Shown one piece after another: positions 47,891-58,022 of a stretch of DNA of 64,000 bases (the stretch's first letter is position 1; each line of letters begins with the position of its first letter). The notes under the pieces were generated by a model, which saw only the letters and a program-made list of their open reading frames with translations, had not been told where the DNA came from and did no database searches. The stretch is from the NCBI GenBank assembly GCA_013316395.1, contig WSMU01000001.1, positions 2,393 to 66,392 on the forward strand, read 5' to 3'. Origin of the DNA: Alphaproteobacteria bacterium (GTDB taxonomy: Bacteria > Pseudomonadota > Alphaproteobacteria > Rs-D84). The translations under genes were made by a program, and so were the position numbers.

Positions 47891-49132
47891 ATGAAAAAGC
47901 AGATGTCTTTATTTATATGGGCGGCGGCTGTTTTTGGCATGGCGCCTGTTTGGGCGGCGACAAACGTCGGTATGCGCGCCGCGTCCAGTGCGGATTTATC
48001 CGGTGCGCCGGCCGTACGTGCACGCGGGAATGTTAACTATGAAAAGTATGAAACACGTTCAACAACGCGTACTTATGATGTTAAGGACGGGGCGGACCTT
48101 TATTATACACAGCCCGCCAGCCGCAGCGCGCTGTATAAGCAGTATGATAATTCGGCACGTCGCACGGGCAGTGCTACTACAACGCGTAATGTTCGCACCA
48201 CACGTGCGGAGACGGTTCGTCGCGAGTTGAAACGTAAATATTATCTGGCGCATCCGTTTTTCCAGCCGCTGAAGGGCAAGTTTGGTTCGATTACGGATAT
48301 TGCATATGATATGAATTCGTATGACATGACACTGACCCCGGCCGATGGCATGACGATATCCGATACACGTGCAAAGTGGGATATGAAATCATTCTCGGTC
48401 AAAGAAGACTTTAGTTATGGTATTACGGACCGCTTGGCGGTACTGGCCATGGCGAAATATAATTCGACCAAATATAAGTTCGACTGGTCTACTGCGCCGG
48501 ACGACAAAATGGATGATGACGGTTTTAACTTGTACGGTCTGGGTGCCCAGTGGCGCTTTATTGACAATGAACAGTGGATTGGAACATTGTCCGGTTATTT
48601 CCAGCATCAGAAGGATATCGCCAATAGCTATATCTTGGATTTGAAGGGTGGGTATAAGATTGCACGCTCTACAATCTATGGATTGGCACGCGGTTGGTAT
48701 GTTGATTTTGAAGGTAACTCGTACGGTAACGGAATAGAGGGTACAACTGCCGAAGGGCAAAAGGCGGCAATCTTTATCGCGTATGATACCGATGTAGATA
48801 ATACTTTCTATATAGAAGGCGGCTTGGGCGTATTTAGCGTTCTTGATGAAGACTGGACGTTGAATCTGGAGGCTGTGTTCGGCAACTATGATTGGCATAA
48901 CCAGGCATCTATAAAGGGTGCAATCGGTTGGCAGCCCAATGATTGGGTCGCGCTTAACCTGTATGCAAAGACCGCGTTCTATGACAGTGCCGATGATAAA
49001 AAGCTGGGCTACTGGTCTTATGGCGCAGTTGGCGAAGATGGGAACCAACTGGGCTGGATGAAGCATGGCGAGGCAAAGCTGTCCGACTATAAGGAAACAT
49101 CGTTCGGGCTGCAGGCGATATTCCAGTTCTAA
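47891..49132 (+). CDS. Outer-membrane beta-barrel protein (hypothetical)
   Basis: Signal peptide MKKQMSLFIWAAAVFGMAPVWA, alternating amphipathic strands, C-terminal F (AIFQF). Confidence 0.5.
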   Translation: MKKQMSLFIWAAAVFGMAPVWAATNVGMRAASSADLSGAPAVRARGNVNYEKYETRSTTRTYDVKDGADLYYTQPASRSALYKQYDNSARRTGSATTTRNVRTTRAETVRRELKRKYYLAHPFFQPLKGKFGSITDIAYDMNSYDMTLTPADGMTISDTRAKWDMKSFSVKEDFSYGITDRLAVLAMAKYNSTKYKFDWSTAPDDKMDDDGFNLYGLGAQWRFIDNEQWIGTLSGYFQHQKDIANSYILDLKGGYKIARSTIYGLARGWYVDFEGNSYGNGIEGTTAEGQKAAIFIAYDTDVDNTFYIEGGLGVFSVLDEDWTLNLEAVFGNYDWHNQASIKGAIGWQPNDWVALNLYAKTAFYDSADDKKLGYWSYGAVGEDGNQLGWMKHGEAKLSDYKETSFGLQAIFQF

Positions 49133-49211
49133 GTCTTATTGCACGCGCCCCGGAATTTTTTCCGGGGTGCCTTTGTGTATGTAAAGGAAGTTAGCAAGGA
49201 TAGAGGAAGGA

Positions 49212-49934
49212 ATGTTTTATAAAAAGATTATTGTTGCATTTTTATGTTTGACCGCCGGTGTTTGTTCCGCATCACATGCGGGCGCATTGGAATTTGATAC
49301 GTCTGACCCGCTCTATATGCAGGGAACCGGGGAAATTTTATCAACATCTAATATTACATATTATGACAGCGTACTGCGTATCGGTCAGGCATTGTCATAC
49401 GGTTTTAGCGAGCGGTTTACCGCCGGTGTTAATCTGCATTACCAAAATGATTTTGCGGGCGACGAGGACGGATTTTCCAGCTTTGACCTGGGTGGTGTTT
49501 ATCGTCTGATGACCCCGGCTGAGAATAATCATCACATAATATCAGATGTTTTGTTCGGATTTAAATTTGGTGGCTCGTCCCATGTGCGAACACCATGGTT
49601 CGCAGATTCCACATATTATGCCGGCTTGCGCTTTGGGCGTCAGTGGGCGGGCGTAACCCTGGCCGGTACTATAAAGTCCAGCTGGATTTTCGATGATGAC
49701 CGCGGGATGTCTTATATAGACTTTATCCCAGAGGCGTATTTTAGATTGCGTGGCGCATGGCGTGCCGGAATAGGGGCGGATTTCCGCAAGGCTACGAATC
49801 CCGATTACGACCAGGAATGGATAAACGCCAAATTGGTGCGTCAATACGGACGGACGCAGTACATAGGGCATATAGATTATGAATTCGAAGGCGATGAATT
49901 TCAAATCGGGGTCAAACTGAATATCTTGTTTTAA
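49212..49934 (+). CDS. Small outer-membrane beta-barrel protein (hypothetical)
   Basis: Signal peptide with AHA cleavage site; C-terminal aromatic residue (NILF). Confidence 0.5.
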   Translation: MFYKKIIVAFLCLTAGVCSASHAGALEFDTSDPLYMQGTGEILSTSNITYYDSVLRIGQALSYGFSERFTAGVNLHYQNDFAGDEDGFSSFDLGGVYRLMTPAENNHHIISDVLFGFKFGGSSHVRTPWFADSTYYAGLRFGRQWAGVTLAGTIKSSWIFDDDRGMSYIDFIPEAYFRLRGAWRAGIGADFRKATNPDYDQEWINAKLVRQYGRTQYIGHIDYEFEGDEFQIGVKLNILF

Positions 49935-50000
49935 GAAGGCGCCGGTAGTGTAATTTTGCCTTTGTTCAAACATGTGGTTATGGTATAATTAACGGTAAGA

Positions 50001-52430
50001 ATGAAGAAAATCATTTCATGGATTTTTATCGTATTTGCTGCCTCGGCGTCTTATGGCGCGGATTCGGGGGCGATATCGCGTGCATTGCCATCGGCCACAT
50101 CAAATAATGACGCGGATGCGCCCGCACGCACAACCGCCGCCGCGGCCAGCGCGCGCAGCACATCGCGTACGACGGTTCGTCGTGATGTTGGCACCGCCAC
50201 AACCGTGCCCGCCACGGGGGCGGTATCGGCGCGGACTACGACCCGCGGGACAACCGCAGCAACGCCAACACCCACGCGCAGTGTCACGCCATCGCGCGGT
50301 GCGGCGGCGCGTACGGCGGCCGGTGGTGAAATGTCGGTGCGCGATAATTTGGATGCGGCGGTAAATACCGTTGGGCGGAATGCACGTGTGACGGCGGCAT
50401 CTGTTAACAGTGACCCGGCGGTGCGTCGGGCGGGAATGTCGCTGCGCCCCAGCACGGCAGAGGTTGGCGGCCGCGCAACCATTGCCGGAACAAATATTCA
50501 AACTGGCTCTAATATAGGGGAATCTGTACGTGCCCTGCAATCGCGGGCGGCATCTACAACGACGCAACGTGAAACTATATCAGAGGCCAAAGAGCGTCTG
50601 GAGCAGACGGCGGAACTGAACAAATCCTGCCAGGAGCAGTATAACGACTGTATGGACCAATTTTGTGCGGTGATTGACAATAATCAAAAGCGCTGCAGTT
50701 GCAGTGCGAATCTGGCGCGCTATACCAAGGTTGAAAGTGCTGTAAAAGATGCCAATACGCAGTTAAATGATGTGGCGCAAAGAATTCGTTACGTCGGATT
50801 ATCGGCGGATGAAATTCGGGCCATTATGTCCGCAACCGAGGCAGAAGAGGCACTGTCGGGGGCGCGTGACACAACAGAAACGCGCAGCATGCTGGAAGAC
50901 ATAGAGGCGTTGATTAAAAATCCCGCCAGCACGACCACCGGTGGTACGGATACATATTCCACGCTGGACCTGAATTTGGATTTTTCCGATACGTCCGATA
51001 TGTTTAATCTGGACTTTCTAAACAATAACAGCGGCAGCCTATCAAACCTGCGTGGGGCTGATTTATATAATGCGGCGAAGAAGCGCTGTAATACCATTTT
51101 GACCCAGTGCAAGGATGCCGGCGCGACAAGTCAGCAGATTACTGCAAATTATGACCTGGCGATTGACAAGGATTGTATCGCGTATGAGCAGGGGCTGACT
51201 AAAATGAATGAAACGTTGGTCTCGAATGTGCGCAGTGCGAATCTGATGCTGCAAAAGGCGCGTTTGGCCGTTTTGCAGAATAAAAATGAATACGATGCAA
51301 AGGGTTGTATCGCGGCCTTGGATTCGTGTATGACCGATGAAATGGTTTGTGGTGAAGATTATGTAAAGTGTCTGGACCCGACCAAGAAGTATATAGACGA
51401 AAACGGCAAGGTCGTTCTGGGGCAGGATATTACAGATATTCTCTCTTTTATGAAAAAGTATGATAATTCAAATATTAAAACAGAATTTTTACAATCTGCT
51501 GCGCAGAGGTCTATCTCAGGCGATGCCTGTGCCAAGTCGGTCGAGGGTGAAGCTGGTGGTGGCGACGGGTGGTGCGCGGTTAAATATTTGCTGCAGAAAA
51601 TCGGAACGGGTGTGCGGGTCACCGATGGCGGTTTGTGTCGCGCGGTACTGGACAAGTGTCAGCGGTATACGTATGACAGCAATAATAAGTATCAGCCTTA
51701 TAATGATGTTGTTGTTAATTATATTCAGCGCGCAATGGTAAATATAAAATCGGGCCAGTCAAAAGTAATATCAGATTATGCATCCAGCTGTATGGTTGAC
51801 GTTGCAACATGCTATAACCAGCAGGTAACGCAGGTAAATGCATGGAGCTCGTCCGCCAATGTAAGCAGCATCCGCAAAGTTATGAGTGGTGCCTGTCGGA
51901 ATGTGGCGCTGACATGCGGATACGCCATCTTTGGTGAGGTATGCGAAAGCGACACAAATAGCAACTTAAATAAGGTTGGAACTCTGTCCGTCAGCGGAGA
52001 GGTCGCCGGACAGGATACCAAACCTGTGGGGCCGCCATCTGTGCTAAATCAGGGTACTTTACAGCCGGGTAATGCAGGTCAGACTTCCTTGTCAGATTTG
52101 ATAAATGCAGCTGTTGTGCCAGAAGATTGCAGTGACAACGGTATAATAGAAGAGATATCGACCATGTTCTATAACAGCATGTTGTGTCCGGATAACTCGA
52201 CATATACCGGAACAACAAAAGAACACGCTAATGAAGCCGATAAATCTAAGTATGTAAATGATTTATGCGTGTGCAATACGAATTATGAGCCATGGGGTGG
52301 GCAGTGTATGAATAAATGCCCGACAGATGCTGAGAATGGTGCGGGTCGTAATTCTTATGGAACATGTACATGTAAGACCGGCTATACATATAAAAACGGC
52401 GTATGTACGGAAAACACTACGACGCAATAA
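50001..52430 (+). CDS. Large secreted Cys-rich protein with a Thr/Ala/Arg-rich low-complexity region and an EGF-like C-terminus
   Basis: Signal peptide MKKIISWIFIVFAASASYGA. Residues ~30-165 are TTAAA/RTT low complexity. About 40 Cys follow. The C-terminal CTCKTGYTYKNGVC matches EGF-like spacing. Confidence 0.5.
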   Translation: MKKIISWIFIVFAASASYGADSGAISRALPSATSNNDADAPARTTAAAASARSTSRTTVRRDVGTATTVPATGAVSARTTTRGTTAATPTPTRSVTPSRGAAARTAAGGEMSVRDNLDAAVNTVGRNARVTAASVNSDPAVRRAGMSLRPSTAEVGGRATIAGTNIQTGSNIGESVRALQSRAASTTTQRETISEAKERLEQTAELNKSCQEQYNDCMDQFCAVIDNNQKRCSCSANLARYTKVESAVKDANTQLNDVAQRIRYVGLSADEIRAIMSATEAEEALSGARDTTETRSMLEDIEALIKNPASTTTGGTDTYSTLDLNLDFSDTSDMFNLDFLNNNSGSLSNLRGADLYNAAKKRCNTILTQCKDAGATSQQITANYDLAIDKDCIAYEQGLTKMNETLVSNVRSANLMLQKARLAVLQNKNEYDAKGCIAALDSCMTDEMVCGEDYVKCLDPTKKYIDENGKVVLGQDITDILSFMKKYDNSNIKTEFLQSAAQRSISGDACAKSVEGEAGGGDGWCAVKYLLQKIGTGVRVTDGGLCRAVLDKCQRYTYDSNNKYQPYNDVVVNYIQRAMVNIKSGQSKVISDYASSCMVDVATCYNQQVTQVNAWSSSANVSSIRKVMSGACRNVALTCGYAIFGEVCESDTNSNLNKVGTLSVSGEVAGQDTKPVGPPSVLNQGTLQPGNAGQTSLSDLINAAVVPEDCSDNGIIEEISTMFYNSMLCPDNSTYTGTTKEHANEADKSKYVNDLCVCNTNYEPWGGQCMNKCPTDAENGAGRNSYGTCTCKTGYTYKNGVCTENTTTQ

Positions 52431-52432
52431 AA

Positions 52433-52455
52433 AACCGGGAATTTCCCGGTTTTTT
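52433..52455. terminator. Bidirectional terminator
   Basis: ACCGGGAA-TTTCCCGGT perfect palindrome, flanked by A- and T-runs. Confidence 0.7.
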
Positions 52456-53155
52456 ATCCTGTGATTTTGGCCATAAATGCGTTATGGGTCGCGCGTTCCT
52501 GGGGTGGGGCCGGGAATTCACGACGGGGAAAGTTCGCCCCGATTTTAGGATGGTTTAGCATTGCCTGGTGCTGCTGGGCGATTATTTCGGATATATCCGG
52601 TGCCGGCGCCGTGTTTTCCAGTTCCAGGTAAACCTTTGCTAAAATTTCAGAGTCGATTAAAGCCCCGTGTGCGTCTGCACGTGCCGTCAGTGATATGCCA
52701 TACCATTTTGCCAGTGCATCCAATGTAAAAAGTTTTGGGCCAAAAAGACGGTTGCGCGCCAGGACAAGTGAATCTATCTGCTGGCTGCGTGGAATCTGGG
52801 GCAGGCCAAGTTTTGCAAGCTCATGATTTACAAAAGGAAAGTCAAAGTCCTGGCCGTTGTGTGCAACAATAGGGGAATCGCCAACAAACTCCAAAAAGCG
52901 CGGCGCAATAACATTCATTTTGGGCTTGTCTTCTAGGAAGGCGTTTGAAATTTTATGAACCATATATGTTTCTGGGGGAATAATTTTTCCCTCCGGATTT
53001 ATGTATTCATGGAACGAGTTATCGGTTATAACGCCGTCAATGATTTCTACTGCACCGATTTCGATACATCTGTCGCCGCGCAGATATTCAAATCCGGTCG
53101 TTTCAATGTCAAAGCAAATAACGCGTTTCATCTTCCATTTCCCTTTGATAAGCAA
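52454..53155 (-). CDS. DnaQ-like 3'-5' exonuclease (DNA polymerase III epsilon family)
   Basis: Exo I CFDIETTG, Exo II and Exo III (HGALIDSEIL) motifs; 233 aa. Confidence 0.7.
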   Translation of the reverse strand: MLIKGKWKMKRVICFDIETTGFEYLRGDRCIEIGAVEIIDGVITDNSFHEYINPEGKIIPPETYMVHKISNAFLEDKPKMNVIAPRFLEFVGDSPIVAHNGQDFDFPFVNHELAKLGLPQIPRSQQIDSLVLARNRLFGPKLFTLDALAKWYGISLTARADAHGALIDSEILAKVYLELENTAPAPDISEIIAQQHQAMLNHPKIGANFPRREFPAPPQERATHNAFMAKITG

Positions 53156-53188
53156 ACTTTGGTGTATTATAATGTGTGCGTGAATTTA

Positions 53189-55267
53189 ATGCTAGAAAAT
53201 CTTAATGAAGACCAGCGGGCCGCTGTTACCACAACCCAGGGGCCGCTGTTGGTGCTGTCGGGGGCAGGAACAGGCAAGACGCGTGTGCTGACCACACGCA
53301 TTGCATATATTTTGGAACAAAACCTGGCGATGCCGTGGCAGGTGCTGGCCTTGACGTTTACTAATAAGGCCGCAAATGAGATGAAGGCACGAATTACGGC
53401 ATTTGGTACAGAGGGCGAGTTTAATGCGCGCGATCTGTGGTGCGGTACGTTTCATTCCGTTGCGTTGCGAATATTGCGGGCGAATGCCGATGCGGCCGGA
53501 TTGCGTCGTGATTTTATTGTCTTTGGGGATGACGACCAAAAGGCGGTGATAAAAAATATTCTGGCATCGCTGGGGATGTCTGTGAAAACGCCCGCCGACT
53601 ATGTGGACCAATTTTCGTCCGTAAAGGACCGCGGTCTGCGCGCGTTGGAGTATAAGGATAAGATTTTCGATGCATATAATGCCGAACTGGCCCGGTTAAA
53701 TGCCGTGGATTTCGGTGATATTATACTAAAGGTTTTGCAGTTATTTGACACAAACCCTGATATTTTGGCCCGCTATCAGAATCAGTTTAAATATATTTTA
53801 GTTGACGAGTTTCAGGATACAAATCATGCCCAGATGGAACTGCTGGAGATGTTAACACGCGGCCAGGAGGCGCCTAATATTTGCTGTGTCGGTGATGACG
53901 ACCAGTCTATTTATTCCTGGCGCGGGGCAGAGATAAAGCATATCTTGAATTTCGATAAGACTTTTCCGGCGGCGCGTGTTATTCGTCTGGAGATAAATTA
54001 TCGCAGTACGGCCAATATACTGGGGGCGGCAAATTCGCTTATACGACATAATCGCGGGCGACTGGGCAAGGATTTGCGCAGCGTGTCCGCCGAACATAAG
54101 GGCGAGCCTGTATATGTTTTAACTGTTCCATCCGATTGGGACGAGGCACGCGTTGTCGCGGATGCGGTGCTGCGCGATGCGGCGGACTTTGGAAAGTTTG
54201 CGGTGCTAATTCGCGCCGGTTCTTTATCGCGTTTGTTCGAAGAAGAATTTGCGCGCCGTGGAATTCCTTATCGCCTGATTGGTGCTACCAAGTTTTATGA
54301 CCGAACGGAAATACGTGATGCGATTGCATACATAAGACTTATGGCCTATCCATTCGACGATGTTTCTTTCCAGCGCATAATAGGGCGGCCGCGTCGCGGA
54401 TTTGGGGCGGCCGCGATTGAAAAGCTGCGTGAGGCGGGGCCGGATTTAATGTCGGGGCTTATTAACGCCAATCTGTCCGCAAAGCAGCGCTTGGCCGCAG
54501 ACGAGTTTTTGGCCGCGTTTGACTTTGACTGGGCCGCGATGGCGCCAGCTGATGCGGCGCAGACACTGCTGGAGCGGTCGGGATATTTGAAAATGTGGCG
54601 CGAATCCAAAGAGGCGGATGCATCTGATAGATTAGATAACCTGCGCGAGTTGATAACAAACGTTATTTCCAAATATGGCACCATTGCCGAATTTTTAGAG
54701 CAGGCCGCCCTGATGATGACAGACGATGATGCGGATGCGGCGGCACTGTCCGGGGGGGCGGTATGTATTATGACAATTCATGCCGCCAAGGGACTGGAAT
54801 TTGATACGGTATTTCTGCCCGCATGGGAAGAGGGGATTTTTCCCAATGAAAAGACCGTGGATGAGGGGGCGCTGGAAGAAGAGCGGCGTCTGGCCTATGT
54901 TGCGATAACGCGTGCGCGGTGTCGCGCGGTTATTATAAACACTATGTCACGGCGTCTGTTTGGGGAACAAAAATTTAATTCCCCCAGTCGCTTTATAGCA
55001 GAGATGGATAATCGCTTCTTGGATTTCCAGGGCGGGGCGCCGCGGCCGGCTTATTCGGCGACGCGTGGTATTCCGACATTGTATGAATCGCGACCGGTTC
55101 GGCGTGTGGCCCCTGCGCCAAAGGCCAATTCTGTGGGGCGTTTGGTATCTCATCCTGAGATGGGGCGCGGCGTCGTCATAGAAGATGCTGGTGATATTTT
55201 AACCGTTGCATTTAAAGAGCGCGGAATTAAAAAAGTTGCGCGGGGCTACCTGATGTTTGAATCCTGA
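53189..55267 (+). CDS. uvrD: UvrD/Rep-family DNA helicase
   Basis: Motif I AGAGTGKT, motif II DEFQDT, UvrD C-terminal Tudor-like domain. Start MLENLNEDQRAAV chosen; the ORF-track start at 52955 would overlap dnaQ. Confidence 0.85.
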   Translation: MLENLNEDQRAAVTTTQGPLLVLSGAGTGKTRVLTTRIAYILEQNLAMPWQVLALTFTNKAANEMKARITAFGTEGEFNARDLWCGTFHSVALRILRANADAAGLRRDFIVFGDDDQKAVIKNILASLGMSVKTPADYVDQFSSVKDRGLRALEYKDKIFDAYNAELARLNAVDFGDIILKVLQLFDTNPDILARYQNQFKYILVDEFQDTNHAQMELLEMLTRGQEAPNICCVGDDDQSIYSWRGAEIKHILNFDKTFPAARVIRLEINYRSTANILGAANSLIRHNRGRLGKDLRSVSAEHKGEPVYVLTVPSDWDEARVVADAVLRDAADFGKFAVLIRAGSLSRLFEEEFARRGIPYRLIGATKFYDRTEIRDAIAYIRLMAYPFDDVSFQRIIGRPRRGFGAAAIEKLREAGPDLMSGLINANLSAKQRLAADEFLAAFDFDWAAMAPADAAQTLLERSGYLKMWRESKEADASDRLDNLRELITNVISKYGTIAEFLEQAALMMTDDDADAAALSGGAVCIMTIHAAKGLEFDTVFLPAWEEGIFPNEKTVDEGALEEERRLAYVAITRARCRAVIINTMSRRLFGEQKFNSPSRFIAEMDNRFLDFQGGAPRPAYSATRGIPTLYESRPVRRVAPAPKANSVGRLVSHPEMGRGVVIEDAGDILTVAFKERGIKKVARGYLMFES

Positions 55268-55272
55268 TTTAA

Positions 55273-56574
55273 TCAGGATTTTTTACTGTCTTTATATAGC
55301 TTCCAGTATTTTTTCGACTGGTCACGAATGTTTTTAGCAAGCTTTGTTATGTCTTTGCCAAATTGCTGACCCAGGGAGTCATCAATACTGCCGCCCAGGT
55401 CTTTTGCAATTTTCATTGCCTTGTCCGCCAGATATGCAACCAGGCATCCGATAAGCAAGGTTATCATGAACCCTTCGTTGTCTATTGTCGGAACCTGGGC
55501 CGCCAGGTTGGTGTCAACAACACCGGACAATATCGCCGCGCACAACGCCACAACAATGGACAGCGATACAAAATAAATAGCCGCGTTTATAAAGCGTGTT
55601 ATTTGAGCCGACAGGTTTTCTGTTTTAAACAACCCTAAGAGTCCGTTGAATATTGTGCCGGCTATTCCGGTGTATGATGTTTTCCCGACTGTTTCCGCAA
55701 TCGCTGTAAACGGCAGCATAAATATCGCCAGGAATAAATCCGCAATAACACCCAATGCCATTAACGCAAATTTCCATATATTGATTAGGAATATTATTAT
55801 GAATGCGACACCTATAATAAATGTAAACATGCTGTGACCTATGCCGGCCAGCATCCATTTCCAGCCCGCCGCCACCGCGGTATAGAAAAATCCGGACAGG
55901 CGTGTCGGAACACACATAATGTCTGCGGCGGCATTGGCATCGATAATTGCATCGGGTGATATATGTGCCGCGGCATAGTCGCGTATTGCCGCACATGTGT
56001 CGGGCAGGGTGGCGCCCGCCGTTTGTGCCACGGCATTTAATATCAAATCAGACATATATGTACCGACAGTGATAATCGGACCCGCAACCAGCATAAATGT
56101 TTCGGCGGGACCGTATTCGATTACAAATACCCATATCGCGATTGTAAAACCTTTTTTAACAATGCCTTCGATTGTTTTTCTGACCTCGGCGGCGCCTATT
56201 ATCATTTGATATGCCTCGAACCCCATCCAGAACATAAAGGCTATGGCGATAAATATTGTTGCAAAACGCACCAGCGAACTGTCCAGAATACGGCCCAGAT
56301 ATGTCATCGCGTTGATAAACGCCAGACCTATCTTTGCCTCGACAGGGACATAGTTTTCGACCAACTGGTTTTGAAAGTCCGATTGAAAAAAGTCTATGTC
56401 CTGGGATAAGTCGGTTGTAAAAGATTCCAGATTATGCGGTGTAGTCCACGCGCCATAGTCGCTGATGTCCCCAGATGCGGAGGGAATATTTGTCGCCGCG
56501 CTTGCGCCGGGCAAAACAAGAATCACACCCAGCGCGCAGACAATAATTTTTGAAAATAGCTTTTTTACTAACAT
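55273..56574 (-). CDS. Polytopic membrane protein, VirB6/TrbL-like (paralogue 4 of 5)
   Basis: Signal peptide, periplasmic segment, at least 6 TM helices, Lys-rich C-terminal tail. One of a tandem array of similar proteins. Confidence 0.45.
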   Translation of the reverse strand: MLVKKLFSKIIVCALGVILVLPGASAATNIPSASGDISDYGAWTTPHNLESFTTDLSQDIDFFQSDFQNQLVENYVPVEAKIGLAFINAMTYLGRILDSSLVRFATIFIAIAFMFWMGFEAYQMIIGAAEVRKTIEGIVKKGFTIAIWVFVIEYGPAETFMLVAGPIITVGTYMSDLILNAVAQTAGATLPDTCAAIRDYAAAHISPDAIIDANAAADIMCVPTRLSGFFYTAVAAGWKWMLAGIGHSMFTFIIGVAFIIIFLINIWKFALMALGVIADLFLAIFMLPFTAIAETVGKTSYTGIAGTIFNGLLGLFKTENLSAQITRFINAAIYFVSLSIVVALCAAILSGVVDTNLAAQVPTIDNEGFMITLLIGCLVAYLADKAMKIAKDLGGSIDDSLGQQFGKDITKLAKNIRDQSKKYWKLYKDSKKS

Positions 56575-56585
56575 CTGGTCTCTTG

Positions 56586-58022
56586 TTATTTTTTGCCGAA
56601 AGACTTGGATAGTGCCCCGAATATCTGTGTTGGTGCGGACCAGATTTTCTTGCCTAAATCCTTGGTCCAGGCGCCAAAGTCGAATTCTTCTTTTGATGGC
56701 GCGGCCAGTATCTTGTTAACGCGCGGCGCCACAACATAATAATATAACAGGAACAAGCCTATCATTAGCATCAGGAAATCCCAGCCGTCCGACATAAAGT
56801 CAAATGCACCCGGATAGTGGCGTTCAACCTCGGCACGGCGTGCGGTAAAGCAGGCCTTGAAGCGGGCGGCATCCATTTCGCCATCGGCCAAGGCAACGCG
56901 TTCGCAGTCTGAAAATACGCGCATTACCGACAGTGTTTGGGCATCCGGGTTTTCAGGCGCCACCCCCAGCATCGGCGGCAGTATCGCACTGTAGCCATCG
57001 GCGGGGCCGGGGAAGAATTCATCGGCTGCGTATGATATGGTTGCATACAGGATAACTATTTTAAGTGTGATAGCGACTATTTGAATTGCAGATTTTACCA
57101 GCATATTGACTGCATTACCGGTAAGGCCCGATGCCAGTTTCCATGTCTTTTCAAATGCCGCGGCCGCTAATAAAAATGGCAGGAATATTATTAGGAACAC
57201 CAACTTGAACACGACAGAGAGCACCTGGAAGAATAGGTCAAAGCCGATTATTAAAAACATTAGCACCAGCGCCAGTCCCGCCAGCCATGTAAACAATCCG
57301 CCCCCCAGCCCCAGCCATGCATAGTTCATCAGCGCAAAACCGCCCGCCGCCCCGGCGAGCATTACACTATTTAAATTGCCCATAACACACATAAAGGGGC
57401 CCATAACAGGATTTAATATATCGTCAGAGTTTTCGGCCGTCTGTTCCAGTACGTGACACTGTGACGCCTCCGATGTGCCGGTGGCGGCCATAGACAGCTC
57501 GGCCCCGACAAACATTACCGGTGTTATTGTAATTGATGCGACTGTTTTTAGGGCCGCCGTGCCGCCCATTCCCAGCACGCCCATCATTGCGCCAACAATC
57601 ATAATTCGTGCGCCTTGGCGCCAGACTTTGTCGAACCATGATGTGAAGTCTAGCTTTTTTTCAGATGTATCCAGTGCGGTTGTTTTTTGCGCCGCGCCAT
57701 AGATATGCCTTATGGCTTCGATAAATAAAAATATGCCAAAGCCCACGGCCATAAGTATCCACAGCCATTGAACAATGGCATCCCAGAACATTTCCGTGGC
57801 ACGTCCGATGACGGCAAACAGGTCTGAGATATAGCCGCACATAAAGCACCCGGATGCATCGGCGATGTTATCCGATGCACCGATTGCCCCCATAAAGCCT
57901 TCCATGCTGGTATATGTCAGCGCGGCGCCCCCGATTGATGACGACAGATACCAAATACCAATCCCCAGGGCGACGGCACCCATTAAAAAACGTATGGCAA
58001 TCAAGATTAGTTGCGCTTTCAT
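56586..58022 (-). CDS. Polytopic membrane protein, VirB6/TrbL-like (paralogue 3)
   Basis: Same architecture as its neighbours. N-terminal CFMCGYISDLF motif shared with paralogues 2 and 5. Confidence 0.45.
   Translation of the reverse strand: MKAQLILIAIRFLMGAVALGIGIWYLSSSIGGAALTYTSMEGFMGAIGASDNIADASGCFMCGYISDLFAVIGRATEMFWDAIVQWLWILMAVGFGIFLFIEAIRHIYGAAQKTTALDTSEKKLDFTSWFDKVWRQGARIMIVGAMMGVLGMGGTAALKTVASITITPVMFVGAELSMAATGTSEASQCHVLEQTAENSDDILNPVMGPFMCVMGNLNSVMLAGAAGGFALMNYAWLGLGGGLFTWLAGLALVLMFLIIGFDLFFQVLSVVFKLVFLIIFLPFLLAAAAFEKTWKLASGLTGNAVNMLVKSAIQIVAITLKIVILYATISYAADEFFPGPADGYSAILPPMLGVAPENPDAQTLSVMRVFSDCERVALADGEMDAARFKACFTARRAEVERHYPGAFDFMSDGWDFLMLMIGLFLLYYYVVAPRVNKILAAPSKEEFDFGAWTKDLGKKIWSAPTQIFGALSKSFGKK

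Noticed and set aside
50035-50567. Overlapping 100-155-aa Arg/Pro-rich ORFs in multiple frames
   Set aside because: They are a by-product of the GC-rich, repeat-like DNA that encodes the Thr/Ala/Arg low-complexity tract of the 809-aa secreted protein. They are not separate genes.
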